The notes under the pieces are model-generated. The model was not told the origin of the DNA. It saw nothing but the letters and a program-made list of their open reading frames with translations, and made no database searches. 64,000 nucleotides of DNA from an uncultured Verrucomicrobiae bacterium. GTDB taxonomy: Bacteria; Verrucomicrobiota; Verrucomicrobiia; Chthoniobacterales; JAFAMB01. The first letter of the stretch is position 1. The number at the start of each line of letters is the position of its first letter. The position numbers and the translations under genes were made by a program. Below, one piece after another: positions 9,167-19,490 of the stretch. The stretch lies in the NCBI GenBank assembly GCA_963762565.1, contig CAVXLD010000009.1, positions 125,257-189,256 of the forward strand, in the 5' to 3' direction.

Positions 9167-9874
9167 CTAATCCGCTTTATCTACGTCGTTATTCGCACCG
9201 TGTTGTTCTGAAACAACATCCCCTGAGCTAAGCGCCTGTTTGTAAGTCACATCGTTATTAGAGCCATGGAAAATCACTTTGCTGACCTGATCGATCTCGA
9301 CGTCGTTGTTTGAGCCTTCGATCTCCAGCAGCTGGGCGACCCCGGTGAACACCACAGCGTTATTGCTGCCGATCAGCTTGACGTGTGGCTTATTGATCGC
9401 GCGAGTTTGGTTGTCATTGGTCAGGGTGACTAACTGAATGTCGCCATTGTTTTCCGCGATCGGGGCCGGGGACGCCGCTGAGGAGTTGTCAGAACCCAGG
9501 GCGGAGACCTGCTTGGCCTCGTTATCCTGCCCAATGTTCGCGATGCTTGGAGTTTCGCCGCTGAGGGCATGGAGATACGCCACGTGATTCGAGTTGCCGA
9601 TCATCTGGATGTCTCCCACCCGCTCCACCTCGACTGAATTGCCGTTGCCCAAAACTTTCAGACTCGAACAGTCCCCATGGATCTGCACCCGGTTATTGTT
9701 GCCGGTGATCACCTTGGGCTTGCCATCTCCCTCTAAGGATAGCGTCTGGTTATTGGACGCAAGAAGGGTTTGATTAAGAACTGGGACATTTTCAGTGACG
9801 GACTGCGCCAGGGTAATCGTCCCCGTCGCCATTAAGGCTCCAATCGAGAGCACGGATAATACGGCTGTCCTCAT
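9167..9874 (-). CDS. Secreted protein with two DUF3060-like domains, copy 3
   Basis: Signal peptide; ITGNNNRVQIHGDCSSLKVLGNGNSVEVERVGDI and a second set of GSNN repeats. Confidence 0.72.
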   Translation of the reverse strand: MRTAVLSVLSIGALMATGTITLAQSVTENVPVLNQTLLASNNQTLSLEGDGKPKVITGNNNRVQIHGDCSSLKVLGNGNSVEVERVGDIQMIGNSNHVAYLHALSGETPSIANIGQDNEAKQVSALGSDNSSAASPAPIAENNGDIQLVTLTNDNQTRAINKPHVKLIGSNNAVVFTGVAQLLEIEGSNNDVEIDQVSKVIFHGSNNDVTYKQALSSGDVVSEQHGANNDVDKAD

Positions 9875-9973
9875 AAGGCTAAAAGTTCTGAGTGTTTGGT
9901 CTGTTTCGATCCTCGGCTTAACGCCTCATACCACCTACCCATCCACTCGGCAAAAAGTTGCGGGTAAATTCAG

Positions 9974-11818
9974 TTATTTTGGCGCGGCGGGCAGCGATTC
10001 TGGCTGTAGCGTCTGCATTAACTCCCTAAGGTGTGAGAGACGCTCGGCGAAAACCTTCATCGTATAGGCCATCGGTTCCTCACTCCGAAGATCGATTTCA
10101 AGATCGAGCAGTGCTTCCGTCGCAAATTTTGTTCGGCCGGCGCGCAGAAGCTCGAGATAACGGTGCCTATACCCGGCATCACCACTCTTGAGTTTCTTCG
10201 CTAGCAGCATCGCCGCTGAAATTGCGATAGCATATCGATAGACGTAAAACGCTGTGTAAAAATGAGGAATCCGCAGAAATTCCAACTCCAGCTCCGGATC
10301 GATAGTGATCTCCGGCCCAACGTATTCCCTTAACAAAGAGCCATAGGTCTTGCGGAAAAACTCCAAAGTAAGCCCGACGCCTGACTCCTCGGTCTCATGG
10401 ATCGTCTTCTCGAACTCAGCGAACATTGTTTGGCGAACCAGCACCGAACGGAGTCTTTCTAGACTTCGGTCGATCAAGAATGCCCGGATTTTTGCCTCAG
10501 ATGTCCGGTTCAGCCAAAATTCGTGCAGCAATTCTTCGTTGAGCATGGCGGCAACCTCGGCCAACAGAACCGGTGGTTTGTAATACCGAAAAGGTTGGCT
10601 GGCTTGGGAAAACCACGTGTGCATCGAATGGCCGCATTCATGTGCTACCGAGAACACGCTGGAAATCGTATCGACCCAATAATTCATCAAAATGAAGGGA
10701 GGATTTCGATAACTCGACGATGAGAAGGAACCGGGTCGTTTGCCTTGGGCCGCGTAGCGGTCCACCCAGCGAGCATTAAGTCCCTTTCGCAACGCTTCCA
10801 CGTATTCCTCTCCTAAAGGTCTCAACGCCCCGCAGACCAGTTCGATCGCTTCATCGAACTGGGTATGAACCAGAATCTCCGGCGCAATCGGAATGAAAGT
10901 ATCATAGTAATAAAGTTTCCGGATGCCGAACGCCTGCCTCCGGAGAGCGTAGTACTGATGAACAGTGGGGAGACTATTCCGGACCGTCGCGATCAAACTA
11001 TCGTAGACGGTGAGTGGAATGTTATCCTGAAACAAAGCCATCTCCCGCGCCGAGGCATACTGGCGGCTGCGTGCGTAGTAAACGTCGACTCGAACGGAGT
11101 GAGCCAGCGCGCTAGCCAGAGTAAACTGATGGTTCCTAATTTGTCGATAAAGCCGATGAAATGCGCGTCGGCGGGTTCCCCGGTCTGGGTTGGCAAGAAG
11201 CGCGTCAGCTAAACCTAGGGTTAGACCTATTTTTTCACCATGGTTTGTCGTCAAAGTGCCGAACTTCATGTCGGCATTTGTCAATTGAGAAAAGACTTCC
11301 TTGTACCCAGAAAGAGTGGATCCAGCGAGAGAAAGTATTCGCTCCTCGCCGGCGGATAACGTGTGTGGTCGATACCGCCGTATCCGTTCTAAATAGATCC
11401 TCCACGGAGCAAGGATGGGGGCTTGCATCAACTCTGTAATCTGTTCGTGGGCTAAGTTTTGAATTTCCGGGACCGCGAACGACCTAGAATCGGCGACCTG
11501 AGTTCCCAGGTGGCGCAGTTCTGCCCACCGGGCGATGTTGCGCGGCTCAGAACTATCTTCCGCTTTCTTTAGGGAGGCGTAGTGGGTGAGTTTTTCCAAC
11601 TCGCAATCAATCAACGCGTCGAATTTCAGATAATTTGCCAGACATGCCGCCGAGTCGCCAAGATGCCCTTTGAACTCGGGATACTTCTTGTAGCTCGTGC
11701 GTACATTTTCCAAAAGCCGCAGATATTCCTGCTCGCTTTGAAACAGGTGACTCAGATCCCAAGTATCCCTAACCGGAATCTCGCTACGATATGGAACGCT
11801 GATCGTTCGTGGAGCCAT
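9974..11818 (-). CDS. pepF: Oligoendopeptidase F (peptidase M3B), divergent paralogue 2
   Basis: HECGHSMH zinc motif; colinear with and highly similar to 5254-7146. Confidence 0.92.
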   Translation of the reverse strand: MAPRTISVPYRSEIPVRDTWDLSHLFQSEQEYLRLLENVRTSYKKYPEFKGHLGDSAACLANYLKFDALIDCELEKLTHYASLKKAEDSSEPRNIARWAELRHLGTQVADSRSFAVPEIQNLAHEQITELMQAPILAPWRIYLERIRRYRPHTLSAGEERILSLAGSTLSGYKEVFSQLTNADMKFGTLTTNHGEKIGLTLGLADALLANPDRGTRRRAFHRLYRQIRNHQFTLASALAHSVRVDVYYARSRQYASAREMALFQDNIPLTVYDSLIATVRNSLPTVHQYYALRRQAFGIRKLYYYDTFIPIAPEILVHTQFDEAIELVCGALRPLGEEYVEALRKGLNARWVDRYAAQGKRPGSFSSSSYRNPPFILMNYWVDTISSVFSVAHECGHSMHTWFSQASQPFRYYKPPVLLAEVAAMLNEELLHEFWLNRTSEAKIRAFLIDRSLERLRSVLVRQTMFAEFEKTIHETEESGVGLTLEFFRKTYGSLLREYVGPEITIDPELELEFLRIPHFYTAFYVYRYAIAISAAMLLAKKLKSGDAGYRHRYLELLRAGRTKFATEALLDLEIDLRSEEPMAYTMKVFAERLSHLRELMQTLQPESLPAAPK

Positions 11819-11860
11819 AGGTCACCGGAATTCTCCTAAGACGGCAAAAGTTTAAGTCCA

Positions 11861-11966
11861 AGCGCGAATGAACGCGAAGCAAAGGCAGAAATTCAACGGC
11901 AGGCCGATCTGCGTCCATCTGCGTTAATCTGCGGTTGGATTTGGTCTTCGTGTCCATTCGCGGTTG
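11861..11966. repeat. Nested short-unit inverted repeat
   Basis: CGCGAATGAACGCGAA / TTCGTGTCCATTCGCG arms enclosing three ATCTGCG units. Confidence 0.6.
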
Positions 11967-12006
11967 TTTCGGTTGCGGGTCCCGATTTGTCATTCTATTG
12001 GCTTCA

Positions 12007-13365
12007 ATGAGGATTCTCTACCTGGACTGCTTCTCCGGGATTAGTGGCGACATGTTTGTCGGAGCACTGACCGATCTTGGAGTCGCGCCATCGGTGTTCG
12101 AATGGGAGCTGGGCAAGATCACACTCGAAGATCATCACTTACATTTTGAGCGCCAAGAGCGGAAAGGGATTGCCGGAGTCAAATTCGGGGTACACCCCGG
12201 CGCAGTCCATGTGCACTCAGAGCACGAACATCACGAAGACCATGATCACGACCATGGAGATCATCACCATGGTCACCACCATCACGCGGACGGGAAGAGC
12301 CCAAACCAGTCGTCACCTGGACACACCGCAGCCGAGCACACCGCAGACGGGCAGGAGCACGTCCCTACCCTTCACCGCGCGTATCGGGACATCGTCCAGT
12401 TGATCAACGAGAGTGAGCTTTCGGATTTCACGAAGACGCATAGTCTTGGTGTCTTTCGTCGTCTCGCGGTCGCCGAAGCAAAAATCCATGGGTGTCCCAT
12501 CGATGACGTCCATTTCCACGAGGTCGGCGCACTCGATTCTATCGTTGATATCGTGTTGGCCTGCGTCGGGATCGAAACCTTGGCAGTCGGCGAGATCCAT
12601 TTTTCTCAACTGGTCGACGGGCAGGGTTTAATCCATTGCGCTCACGGCGAATATCCAATTCCCAGCCCGGCGACCTTGGAAATTTTGAGCGGCTTGCCGC
12701 TCTCCCAAATTGCTGTCCCGTTTGAATTGATTACGCCCACCGGCGCTGCGCTGGTAGCCGAGTTTCAGAGCTCAGTCGGCAATCTTCCGTTAATCCGGCC
12801 CGTTAAAACCGGTTACGGTCTGGGTAGCCGAGATCTCCCCGAACGCGCGAACGTGCTCCGGGCGATCCTGGGGGAGAAAATCGTCTCTTCCGCCCCGGAG
12901 CGGCTAGTCGAGGTCCAAGCGACCATCGATGACATGACCCCCGAACTGCTCGGGGCAGCGATTGAGAAGATAAGGGAGGCCGGCGCCATGGAAGCCTTTT
13001 TCTCCTCAGTCCAAATGAAAAAGAGTCGGCCAGGCATTCTGCTTACCGCCCTTTGCCGGCCCGACCAACTGGCTGAAATCCAAGAAGTCATCCTTCGCCA
13101 CACATCGACCTTCGGAGTGCGTTACCGAGAAGTTGACCGTCTGGCCCTCGACCGGAGATTCGTCTCGGTAGCCACCTCCTACGGGCCTCTCCGAATCAAA
13201 TTGGGCATACTGAGTGGCGAAGTGATCCAGGTCGCGCCCGAGTTTGAAGACTGCCGCAAAGCGGCGGAGAAGGCGAGGGTCCCGATCAAAACGGTTTCCG
13301 ACGCCGCTCTACAGGCATACTACCAAAGTATAGGTCAGAAAGTTGTTGCAGTCGCTCAGCAATAG
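12007..13365 (+). CDS. larC: Nickel-pincer cofactor biosynthesis protein LarC
   Basis: [12 protein letters not shown], His-rich insert, AEAKIHG....[37 protein letters not shown]. Confidence 0.95.
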   Translation: MRILYLDCFSGISGDMFVGALTDLGVAPSVFEWELGKITLEDHHLHFERQERKGIAGVKFGVHPGAVHVHSEHEHHEDHDHDHGDHHHGHHHHADGKSPNQSSPGHTAAEHTADGQEHVPTLHRAYRDIVQLINESELSDFTKTHSLGVFRRLAVAEAKIHGCPIDDVHFHEVGALDSIVDIVLACVGIETLAVGEIHFSQLVDGQGLIHCAHGEYPIPSPATLEILSGLPLSQIAVPFELITPTGAALVAEFQSSVGNLPLIRPVKTGYGLGSRDLPERANVLRAILGEKIVSSAPERLVEVQATIDDMTPELLGAAIEKIREAGAMEAFFSSVQMKKSRPGILLTALCRPDQLAEIQEVILRHTSTFGVRYREVDRLALDRRFVSVATSYGPLRIKLGILSGEVIQVAPEFEDCRKAAEKARVPIKTVSDAALQAYYQSIGQKVVAVAQQ

Positions 13366-13382
13366 GCGTTGGGTCTGATGTT

Positions 13383-14360
13383 ATGAGCACCGCCACCGTA
13401 GAGAAGCTTTCCCAGCTCGATCAGCTTAAAAAGTTCACGAAAGTCGTCGCCGACACTGGCGACTTCGAGAGCATCCGCGAATTCAAGCCACAGGATTCAA
13501 CGACCAATCCAAGTCTTATTTTGGCGGCGGTTTCGAAGTCTGAATACGCACCTCTGCTGGACCAAGTTATCGCCGATCTGAAGTCCTCGCCGTTATCTGG
13601 CGCCGCGAAGATCGAAGACGTCATAGACCATCTGTTGGTCACATTTGGCTTGGACATTTTGAAGATCGTCCCAGGCCGGGTTTCGACCGAAACAGATGCG
13701 CGACTTTCCTTCAATACCGACGGCTCGATCAAGAAAGCTCGGCAGCTTATCGGTCTCTACGAAAAGAACGGGATTTCTCGCGAACGCGTGCTCATTAAGA
13801 TCGCTTCTACCTGGGAAGGCATTAAAGCGGCGGAACAACTCCAGAAGGAAGGTATCAATTGCAACCTGACGTTGCTCTTCTCGTTCCCGCAGGCGGTGGC
13901 GTGCGCTGAGGCCGGTGTCCGGCTGATCTCGCCATTCGTGGGCCGGATTTATGACTGGTACAAACATTCGACAGGAAAAGAATATCACGGTGCTGAAGAT
14001 CCCGGCGTTATCTCGGTAACCAAGATCTACAACTACTACAAAAAGTTCGGTCACGAGACCCAGGTGATGGGCGCCAGCTTCCGGAACACCGGAGAAATCG
14101 TGGAACTGGCAGGGTGCGACCTGCTGACGATCAGCCCCAACCTTTTGGCGGAACTCAGCAAGTCGACTGAGCCAATCACACGAAAACTCGTGCCGGAGAC
14201 GGCAAAGGCAAGCGACCTTGAGAAGGTTACTTTTGACGAAAAAGCGTTCCGATTCGCGGTCAACGAGGACGCGATGGCGACTGAGAAATTAGCGGAAGGT
14301 ATCCGTAAATTCTCGGCCGATATCGTGAAACTCGAACAGATGATCGCGGCGAAGCTGTAA
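13383..14360 (+). CDS. tal: Transaldolase
   Basis: [50 protein letters not shown]. Confidence 0.97.
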   Translation: MSTATVEKLSQLDQLKKFTKVVADTGDFESIREFKPQDSTTNPSLILAAVSKSEYAPLLDQVIADLKSSPLSGAAKIEDVIDHLLVTFGLDILKIVPGRVSTETDARLSFNTDGSIKKARQLIGLYEKNGISRERVLIKIASTWEGIKAAEQLQKEGINCNLTLLFSFPQAVACAEAGVRLISPFVGRIYDWYKHSTGKEYHGAEDPGVISVTKIYNYYKKFGHETQVMGASFRNTGEIVELAGCDLLTISPNLLAELSKSTEPITRKLVPETAKASDLEKVTFDEKAFRFAVNEDAMATEKLAEGIRKFSADIVKLEQMIAAKL

Positions 14361-14447
14361 GTCGGACGGGGTTCGACTCCAGTCTTGCTGGTCACAAGTT
14401 CGGATCACGCCGGAATCAACGGCTTGTCTCGAAGGCCCGACGTATTT

Positions 14448-14655
14448 GGTGGGGCGAGGCTCCCGAATGTCCTAAAGGCGTTCTCGGCGTGATCGATATT
14501 CTATTACTGAAAGATTCGGGTAGGTCTTTACGCCTGCCGAGCCGGACCTGTGCGACCCACGGCTCGGCGCGGGGAATGGCCTCGCGTCACCACGTCTGCA
14601 GCAAAGCGTAACCCTTCGCGAGACTTTTGCGGCGATTCAGGAGCCTCGCCCCACC
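14448..14655. repeat. Palindromic element family B, copy 1
   Basis: GGTRGGGCGAGGCTCCYGAA...GCCGAGCC-loop-GGCTCGGC...TTCRGGAGCCTCGCCCYACC. Confidence 0.88.
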
Positions 14656-14786
14656 AAAAAGTCGAGCCGGGCGTTCGGGAAAAGTCGACAAGTGCGAGGG
14701 CCTTTGCCCCACTCGAAAAACCGCCTGGGAAATTGCAATCTCGCTTCGCGCGGAGTTTATTGGTGGTTTGATCCCGAAGCCTGCGA

Positions 14787-16079
14787 ATGACCCATCGGCT
14801 GCATAGTTATCTCGGCTACTCTTATCCAGGTCAATTAACCGAACTGGTCAAGCGGGCTTGGCCGGCTGATCTCCTGACTTATTTGCCCAACGATTGGCAG
14901 CTCCGATTACTGCTCGACGTCGCCTATCATGCCAGCTTGCTGAGAGAAGAACAGCGCCCGGTGACATTCCGAATCTTATTGGGCCTCCCTGATGAAGTCG
15001 TAAAAGCCGATCAACCGCCGACCGCTCTGAGCGCGGTCTCGTTCGACCGGCCACGACCTTTTAATGAGCAGGAAGTGCGGCGGATCTCCATGGCTGCGGA
15101 TTTCTTTCGTTCCCTCGTGGCGGTGGCTCCACACGGCGACGAAAAGCTCAAGATTTGGGGGATCCTTTTGTCCGGCACCAGGTGGGTTAATAGCGTGGAC
15201 GGCGGTCGTTTCACCGGTTACCCGTTGCCAACGCGGGTGGTGATCCATGCTCTTGGTCCGGGCCGAATTACGGTGTTTGTCGGCCACCGGCGGATTGCTG
15301 CCCTCAGCGGTGGACAATTGGAGGCCTATGCGTTTGACCTTTTTCAATCTAACTGGTTGCGGGAATCGTTCGCCGGTGTGCGCAAGCAAATGCAGCATTG
15401 GCTCGCCCAGGAAGAAGGCAATCACCCCTCTGTAAGGGTTGACATCGACTTCCTTAGAGCGGTTTCACAGAATATCAGCCGCCGGACACTCAGCGTTGTA
15501 AGAAATGCCAAACACGGCGGTACGTTGGTTTTTATTGAGCCCGAGGACGAAGCTGCCTTTACGGCTCCGGGTGGTCCAATGCGTTTTAAGTATTTGATGG
15601 CTAAAAGCCCGCTTCGGACCCGGTACCGGCAACTCTTAGCCTCCGCCGTTAAGCGGCTTTGCCAATTAGCGACAATCAACCACGTTCAGAACATTGGTTG
15701 GACCGAATATCAAACCTTCGCTGACCGGCAACTTGGTGAGCTAGATGAAGCCTTTTTCGAGTTCGCTCACTTTTTAGGCGACCTGATGTCGGTCGACGGG
15801 GCCTTAGTATTGACCAAGCAGTATGAACTCGTTGGCTTCGGCGCAGAACTCCTCTCAGAAGCCCCTTGTATGTCTAGTGTCCGGCGAGCAATGGACCTTG
15901 AAGGAACGATTTGGGCGAATGAATCGTTAGACGATGTTGGGACTCGCCACCGGGCGGTCTACCGGCTTTGTGATCAGAACCCTAAATGTCTCGCCATCGT
16001 GATCTCTCAAGATGGTTCGGTGAGGTTCGTTAAGAACCACAACGGTGCGGTCACTTATTGGAACCAGCTTTCTTGGTGA
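14787..16079 (+). CDS. Diadenylate cyclase (DAC/DisA_N) domain protein with N-terminal putative sensor domain (DACNV-like)
   Basis: HGGTLV, VDGALVL (DGA motif), GTRHRA (RHR motif), ISQDG. Confidence 0.75.
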   Translation: MTHRLHSYLGYSYPGQLTELVKRAWPADLLTYLPNDWQLRLLLDVAYHASLLREEQRPVTFRILLGLPDEVVKADQPPTALSAVSFDRPRPFNEQEVRRISMAADFFRSLVAVAPHGDEKLKIWGILLSGTRWVNSVDGGRFTGYPLPTRVVIHALGPGRITVFVGHRRIAALSGGQLEAYAFDLFQSNWLRESFAGVRKQMQHWLAQEEGNHPSVRVDIDFLRAVSQNISRRTLSVVRNAKHGGTLVFIEPEDEAAFTAPGGPMRFKYLMAKSPLRTRYRQLLASAVKRLCQLATINHVQNIGWTEYQTFADRQLGELDEAFFEFAHFLGDLMSVDGALVLTKQYELVGFGAELLSEAPCMSSVRRAMDLEGTIWANESLDDVGTRHRAVYRLCDQNPKCLAIVISQDGSVRFVKNHNGAVTYWNQLSW

Positions 16080-17332
16080 CCTCCACTAGATCTAAGAGAA
16101 CACGTGGACGGCTGGTGCTGTCGCTTGGCGAAGCCCGCCGAGCGGCATTAGCGGCCCAAGGTTTCGGGCGGCCAAGACCGGCCCGGGTCACCAAAAGACA
16201 CTTGCTATCGACGATCCAACGCCTGGGGCTACTGCAGATCGATTCGGTCAACGTCCTGGTTCGAGCCCACTATTTTCCACCATTCTCCCGGATCGGGCCA
16301 TATCCCACTGAGTGGTTGGACGATCTCGCCTACCGGAAACGCTTGCTCTTCGAATACTGGGGACACGCAGCTTCTTTGATTCCGGTGAGTCTGTTTCCCA
16401 GTTTCCGTTGGCGCATGGAACGAGCCAAAGAGGGGATTGGCGTCTACCGGGGCTTGGTCAATTTCGCGAAAGAAAACGAGGCCTTAATCGCGCAGATCCT
16501 GGAACAAATCCGGCAACACGGCCCGGCGGGGGCCGGCGATGTCGAGAAAGCAATCAGAGAAGAACAATTAGCCAGGAAAGCGGGTTGGTGGGAGTGGAGT
16601 GATTCAAAGGCAGTGTTGGAGTGGCTTTTTTGGTCGGGACAAGTCACCACCAGGACCAGACGCAACTTCGAGCGGGTATATGATCTGACTGAACGAGTCT
16701 TTCCGGATCTGCATAACGGGGCTATCCAAGATCGAGAGACCGCACAGCGAGCTTTGGTAGCAACCGCTTCGCGCGCCCTTGGAGTTGCGACCGAAAATGA
16801 TCTTGCTGATTATTTCCGGCTCAAGATTAACGACGCCCGTCCCCAGATACGCGAGTTGGTTGAAGCAGGTGAGCTACTCGAAGTACAAGTCGAAGGCTGG
16901 CGCCAGCCGGCATATCTCAGCTCAGCGGTTCGGATTCCTCGTTCGCTCCAGGCGGCCGCATTTTTGTCGCCGTTTGATCCGCTACTTTGGGAGCGGAAAC
17001 GAACGGAGCGGCTGTTCGGATTTCGTTATCGGATTGAGATCTACACTCCCGCAGCTCAGCGCCAACATGGCTATTACGTTCTACCGTTTTTGTTTGGGCA
17101 AAACTTCGTTGCCCGGCTTGACTTGAAAGCGGATCGGGCAAGCCAGTCATTGCGAGTTGTGGGCGCGTTTGCCGAGCCGCAAACCGAGCCGAAAACCTTC
17201 ATACACGCAGTGGCAATCGAGCTCCGATCCATGGCTGATTGGCTGGGACTAGAGAAAATCGTCATCAGCAAGAACGGAGATCTTGCCGGAATGCTGAGGT
17301 CAACGCTAGCGACGGGAAAGCGAGCGGCCTGA
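16076..17332 (+). CDS. ycaQ: YcaQ/AlkZ-family crosslink-repair DNA glycosylase (winged helix)
   Basis: ARRAALAAQG, LLQIDSVNVLVRAHY (QxD), FEYWGHAAS, LSPFDPLLWER, GYYVLPFL; GTG start overlaps the upstream TGA. Confidence 0.88.
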   Translation: MTSTRSKRTRGRLVLSLGEARRAALAAQGFGRPRPARVTKRHLLSTIQRLGLLQIDSVNVLVRAHYFPPFSRIGPYPTEWLDDLAYRKRLLFEYWGHAASLIPVSLFPSFRWRMERAKEGIGVYRGLVNFAKENEALIAQILEQIRQHGPAGAGDVEKAIREEQLARKAGWWEWSDSKAVLEWLFWSGQVTTRTRRNFERVYDLTERVFPDLHNGAIQDRETAQRALVATASRALGVATENDLADYFRLKINDARPQIRELVEAGELLEVQVEGWRQPAYLSSAVRIPRSLQAAAFLSPFDPLLWERKRTERLFGFRYRIEIYTPAAQRQHGYYVLPFLFGQNFVARLDLKADRASQSLRVVGAFAEPQTEPKTFIHAVAIELRSMADWLGLEKIVISKNGDLAGMLRSTLATGKRAA

Positions 17333-17338
17333 ACGGCT

Positions 17339-17549
17339 TGGAGGGGAGCCGCTTTGTCGCGTAGCAGCTCTGTAGGTTCGCAGCAGGCGGCTCCCGCGAA
17401 TAACCCAGCGTGATGCGTTTACCCAGCGGCACGGTTCTGAAATCTTCGACGCGCTGCGACCGATAGAGCTTACACGCCGCTGGACCGTTCCCGGGAGCCG
17501 CCTGCAAGCAACCGATAGACCTGCTACACGACAAAGCGGCTCCCCTCCA
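17339..17549. repeat. Family A, copy 3
   Basis: Same arms. Confidence 0.85.
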
Positions 17550-17600
17550 CGCCGTACCCCTTGAACTCCCCTCCCACCGCCCCCATATTGCCCGCCGAAA

Positions 17601-18776
17601 ATGAAGCAGGCTTTAATCGCTCTAGAGGATGGGCGGACCTTTAGCGGGGAATCATTTGGCGCCTCCGGCACCACGGTCGGCGAGATCTGTTTCAACACGT
17701 CGATGACCGGTTACCAGGAAGTCCTGACCGACCCTTCGTACCGAGGCCAGATCGTCACGATGACCTATCCGCTGATTGGCAACTACGGAACAAACGAACT
17801 CGACAATGAGAGCAGTGAACCGCATGTCCGCGGCTTTGTGGTGGGAGAATTATCTCCAATAACCAGCAATTGGCGCGCAGCCGGATCCCTCGATGATTAT
17901 CTCAAACGTTGGAAGATCCCCGCTATCCAAGGAGTGGATACTCGCGCTCTCACCAAACATCTCCGGGTGCGAGGAGCTATGCGGGCCTGCTTGACGGATG
18001 AAGCTTTGTCACCGGAACAGGCTGTCGCCGCGGCCCGGAACGCCCCACCCATGGTTGGCTCCGATTATGTTCGAGAGGTCACGACCCCTCAAGCGTTCGA
18101 CTGGGATCCGGAAGATCATTTGAGCCGCGAATGGACTCTCACCAAAGGTGCGGGCACTACAGTGATCGAGGAAAATGGTCAATCATTCAAATCATTGCCC
18201 CCGAAGCGGCACCATATCGTTGCCTATGATTACGGCATCAAAACCAACATTTTACGGCGGTTGCGCCAGCATGGATTCGGGGTGCGCGTCGTCCCGGCCG
18301 GAACCACTGCCAAAGAGGTACTGAGTCTAAAGCCAGATGGTGTGTTCCTATCCAACGGTCCCGGCGATCCCGCACCGCTAACCTACATTCACAAGGAACT
18401 CGCCGAACTGGTCGGCAAATGCCCTATCTTCGGGATTTGTCTCGGTCACCAGCTATTAGGTTATGCCTATGGTGGGAACACATTTAAACTGAAGTTCGGT
18501 CACCGCGGAGGTAATCAACCGGTTAAAGACCTAACCACCGGCAAAGTGGCGATCACCTCACAAAATCACGGCTTTGCCGTCGATCCCGATTCTTTGCCCC
18601 CTGAGGTCGAGGTCTCTCACATCAACCTGAACGACGGTACGGTCGAGGGTCTGCGGCATCGAAACCACCCTGTGTTCAGCGTTCAATACCATCCGGAAGC
18701 GGCCCCCGGCCCACATGACGCCACCTATTTCTTCGATCAATTCAGTAAGCTGATCGACGAAGCGAAGGCAGACTAG
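17601..18776 (+). CDS. carA: Carbamoyl-phosphate synthase small subunit
   Basis: [45 protein letters not shown]. Confidence 0.97.
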   Translation: MKQALIALEDGRTFSGESFGASGTTVGEICFNTSMTGYQEVLTDPSYRGQIVTMTYPLIGNYGTNELDNESSEPHVRGFVVGELSPITSNWRAAGSLDDYLKRWKIPAIQGVDTRALTKHLRVRGAMRACLTDEALSPEQAVAAARNAPPMVGSDYVREVTTPQAFDWDPEDHLSREWTLTKGAGTTVIEENGQSFKSLPPKRHHIVAYDYGIKTNILRRLRQHGFGVRVVPAGTTAKEVLSLKPDGVFLSNGPGDPAPLTYIHKELAELVGKCPIFGICLGHQLLGYAYGGNTFKLKFGHRGGNQPVKDLTTGKVAITSQNHGFAVDPDSLPPEVEVSHINLNDGTVEGLRHRNHPVFSVQYHPEAAPGPHDATYFFDQFSKLIDEAKAD

Positions 18777-18826
18777 TCGCCGTCTTCTGCGCGACAGGCC
18801 GCCTCGCCTTGCAAATGACGGCGACA

Positions 18827-19490
18827 ATGAGACATCAACCGACCAGCCTACCGGCGGTTACTTGTCCCCACACCGGGGCTTGGGACGGCTCGTCGTTGGA
18901 TGGACTGGCAGATTGTTGGTCTACCGCCAGTCGCATTTTTCTGGCGGATAATAGGAGCGGCCGGCCCCCGCTCTGGGGCACGGAAGTCCGGACCGGCTGG
19001 CACCAAGACGAACTTCTGGCGCTGTTCATCTGCCAAGATCCAGATCCCGCGAGCAACTTTTACCAAGCGCGATGATCCGCTTTGGGAAGAAGATGTGGTC
19101 GAGGTTTTCATCGATCCGTTCGGCGACCTGAACTGTTACTTTGAGTTCGAGGTTAATCCCTTGAATGCCGTATTGGACGTCTTTGTCCGGCGCGTTCGAG
19201 GTGGTATGCGGAAGGATTTCACCTGGAACTGCGAAGGGCTTCGTACAGCGACGGGTTTATTGGCTTACGGATGGGTGGCGGGCATAGCTATCCCCTTCAA
19301 GAGTATGGGCGACTGTGATCGTTCTCAGTGGAGGATTAATTTTTGCCGAATTGAACGTCCTAAAGATCAACCTCGCGAGCTCTCGGCATGGTCTCCTACC
19401 TTCAGCGGGACTTTCCATTTACCCGAACGCTTTGGAGTTTTGAAATTGGAGGAGCTAGGAGCTAGGAGAGGCGCGGCAGCTCGACGGTGA
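18827..19490 (+). pseudogene. Carbohydrate-binding family 9-like protein, interrupted by a one-base frameshift near 19045-19049 (assembly error or pseudogene)
   Basis: N-terminal frame ...TEVRTGWHQDELLALFICQDPDP continues in another frame as RATFTKRDDPLWEEDVVEVFIDP...YFEFEVNPLN...WRINFCRIE...SAWSPT...FHLPERFG. Confidence 0.75.

Noticed and set aside
8727..9231. Short ORFs between DUF3060 copies as possible precursor peptides
   Set aside because: Largely translations of family A repeat arms, with no leader/core pattern.
5254..11818. Inverted pepF pair as an invertible phase-variation segment
   Set aside because: The copies are too diverged at the nucleotide level and no recombinase is present.
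12225..12290. CAC/CAT low-complexity repeat
   Set aside because: It encodes the normal His-rich nickel-binding segment of LarC.
14362..14400. GGTTCGACTCC, resembling a tRNA T-arm
   Set aside because: No acceptor stem, D-arm or anticodon arm can be formed; the upstream sequence is tal coding sequence.
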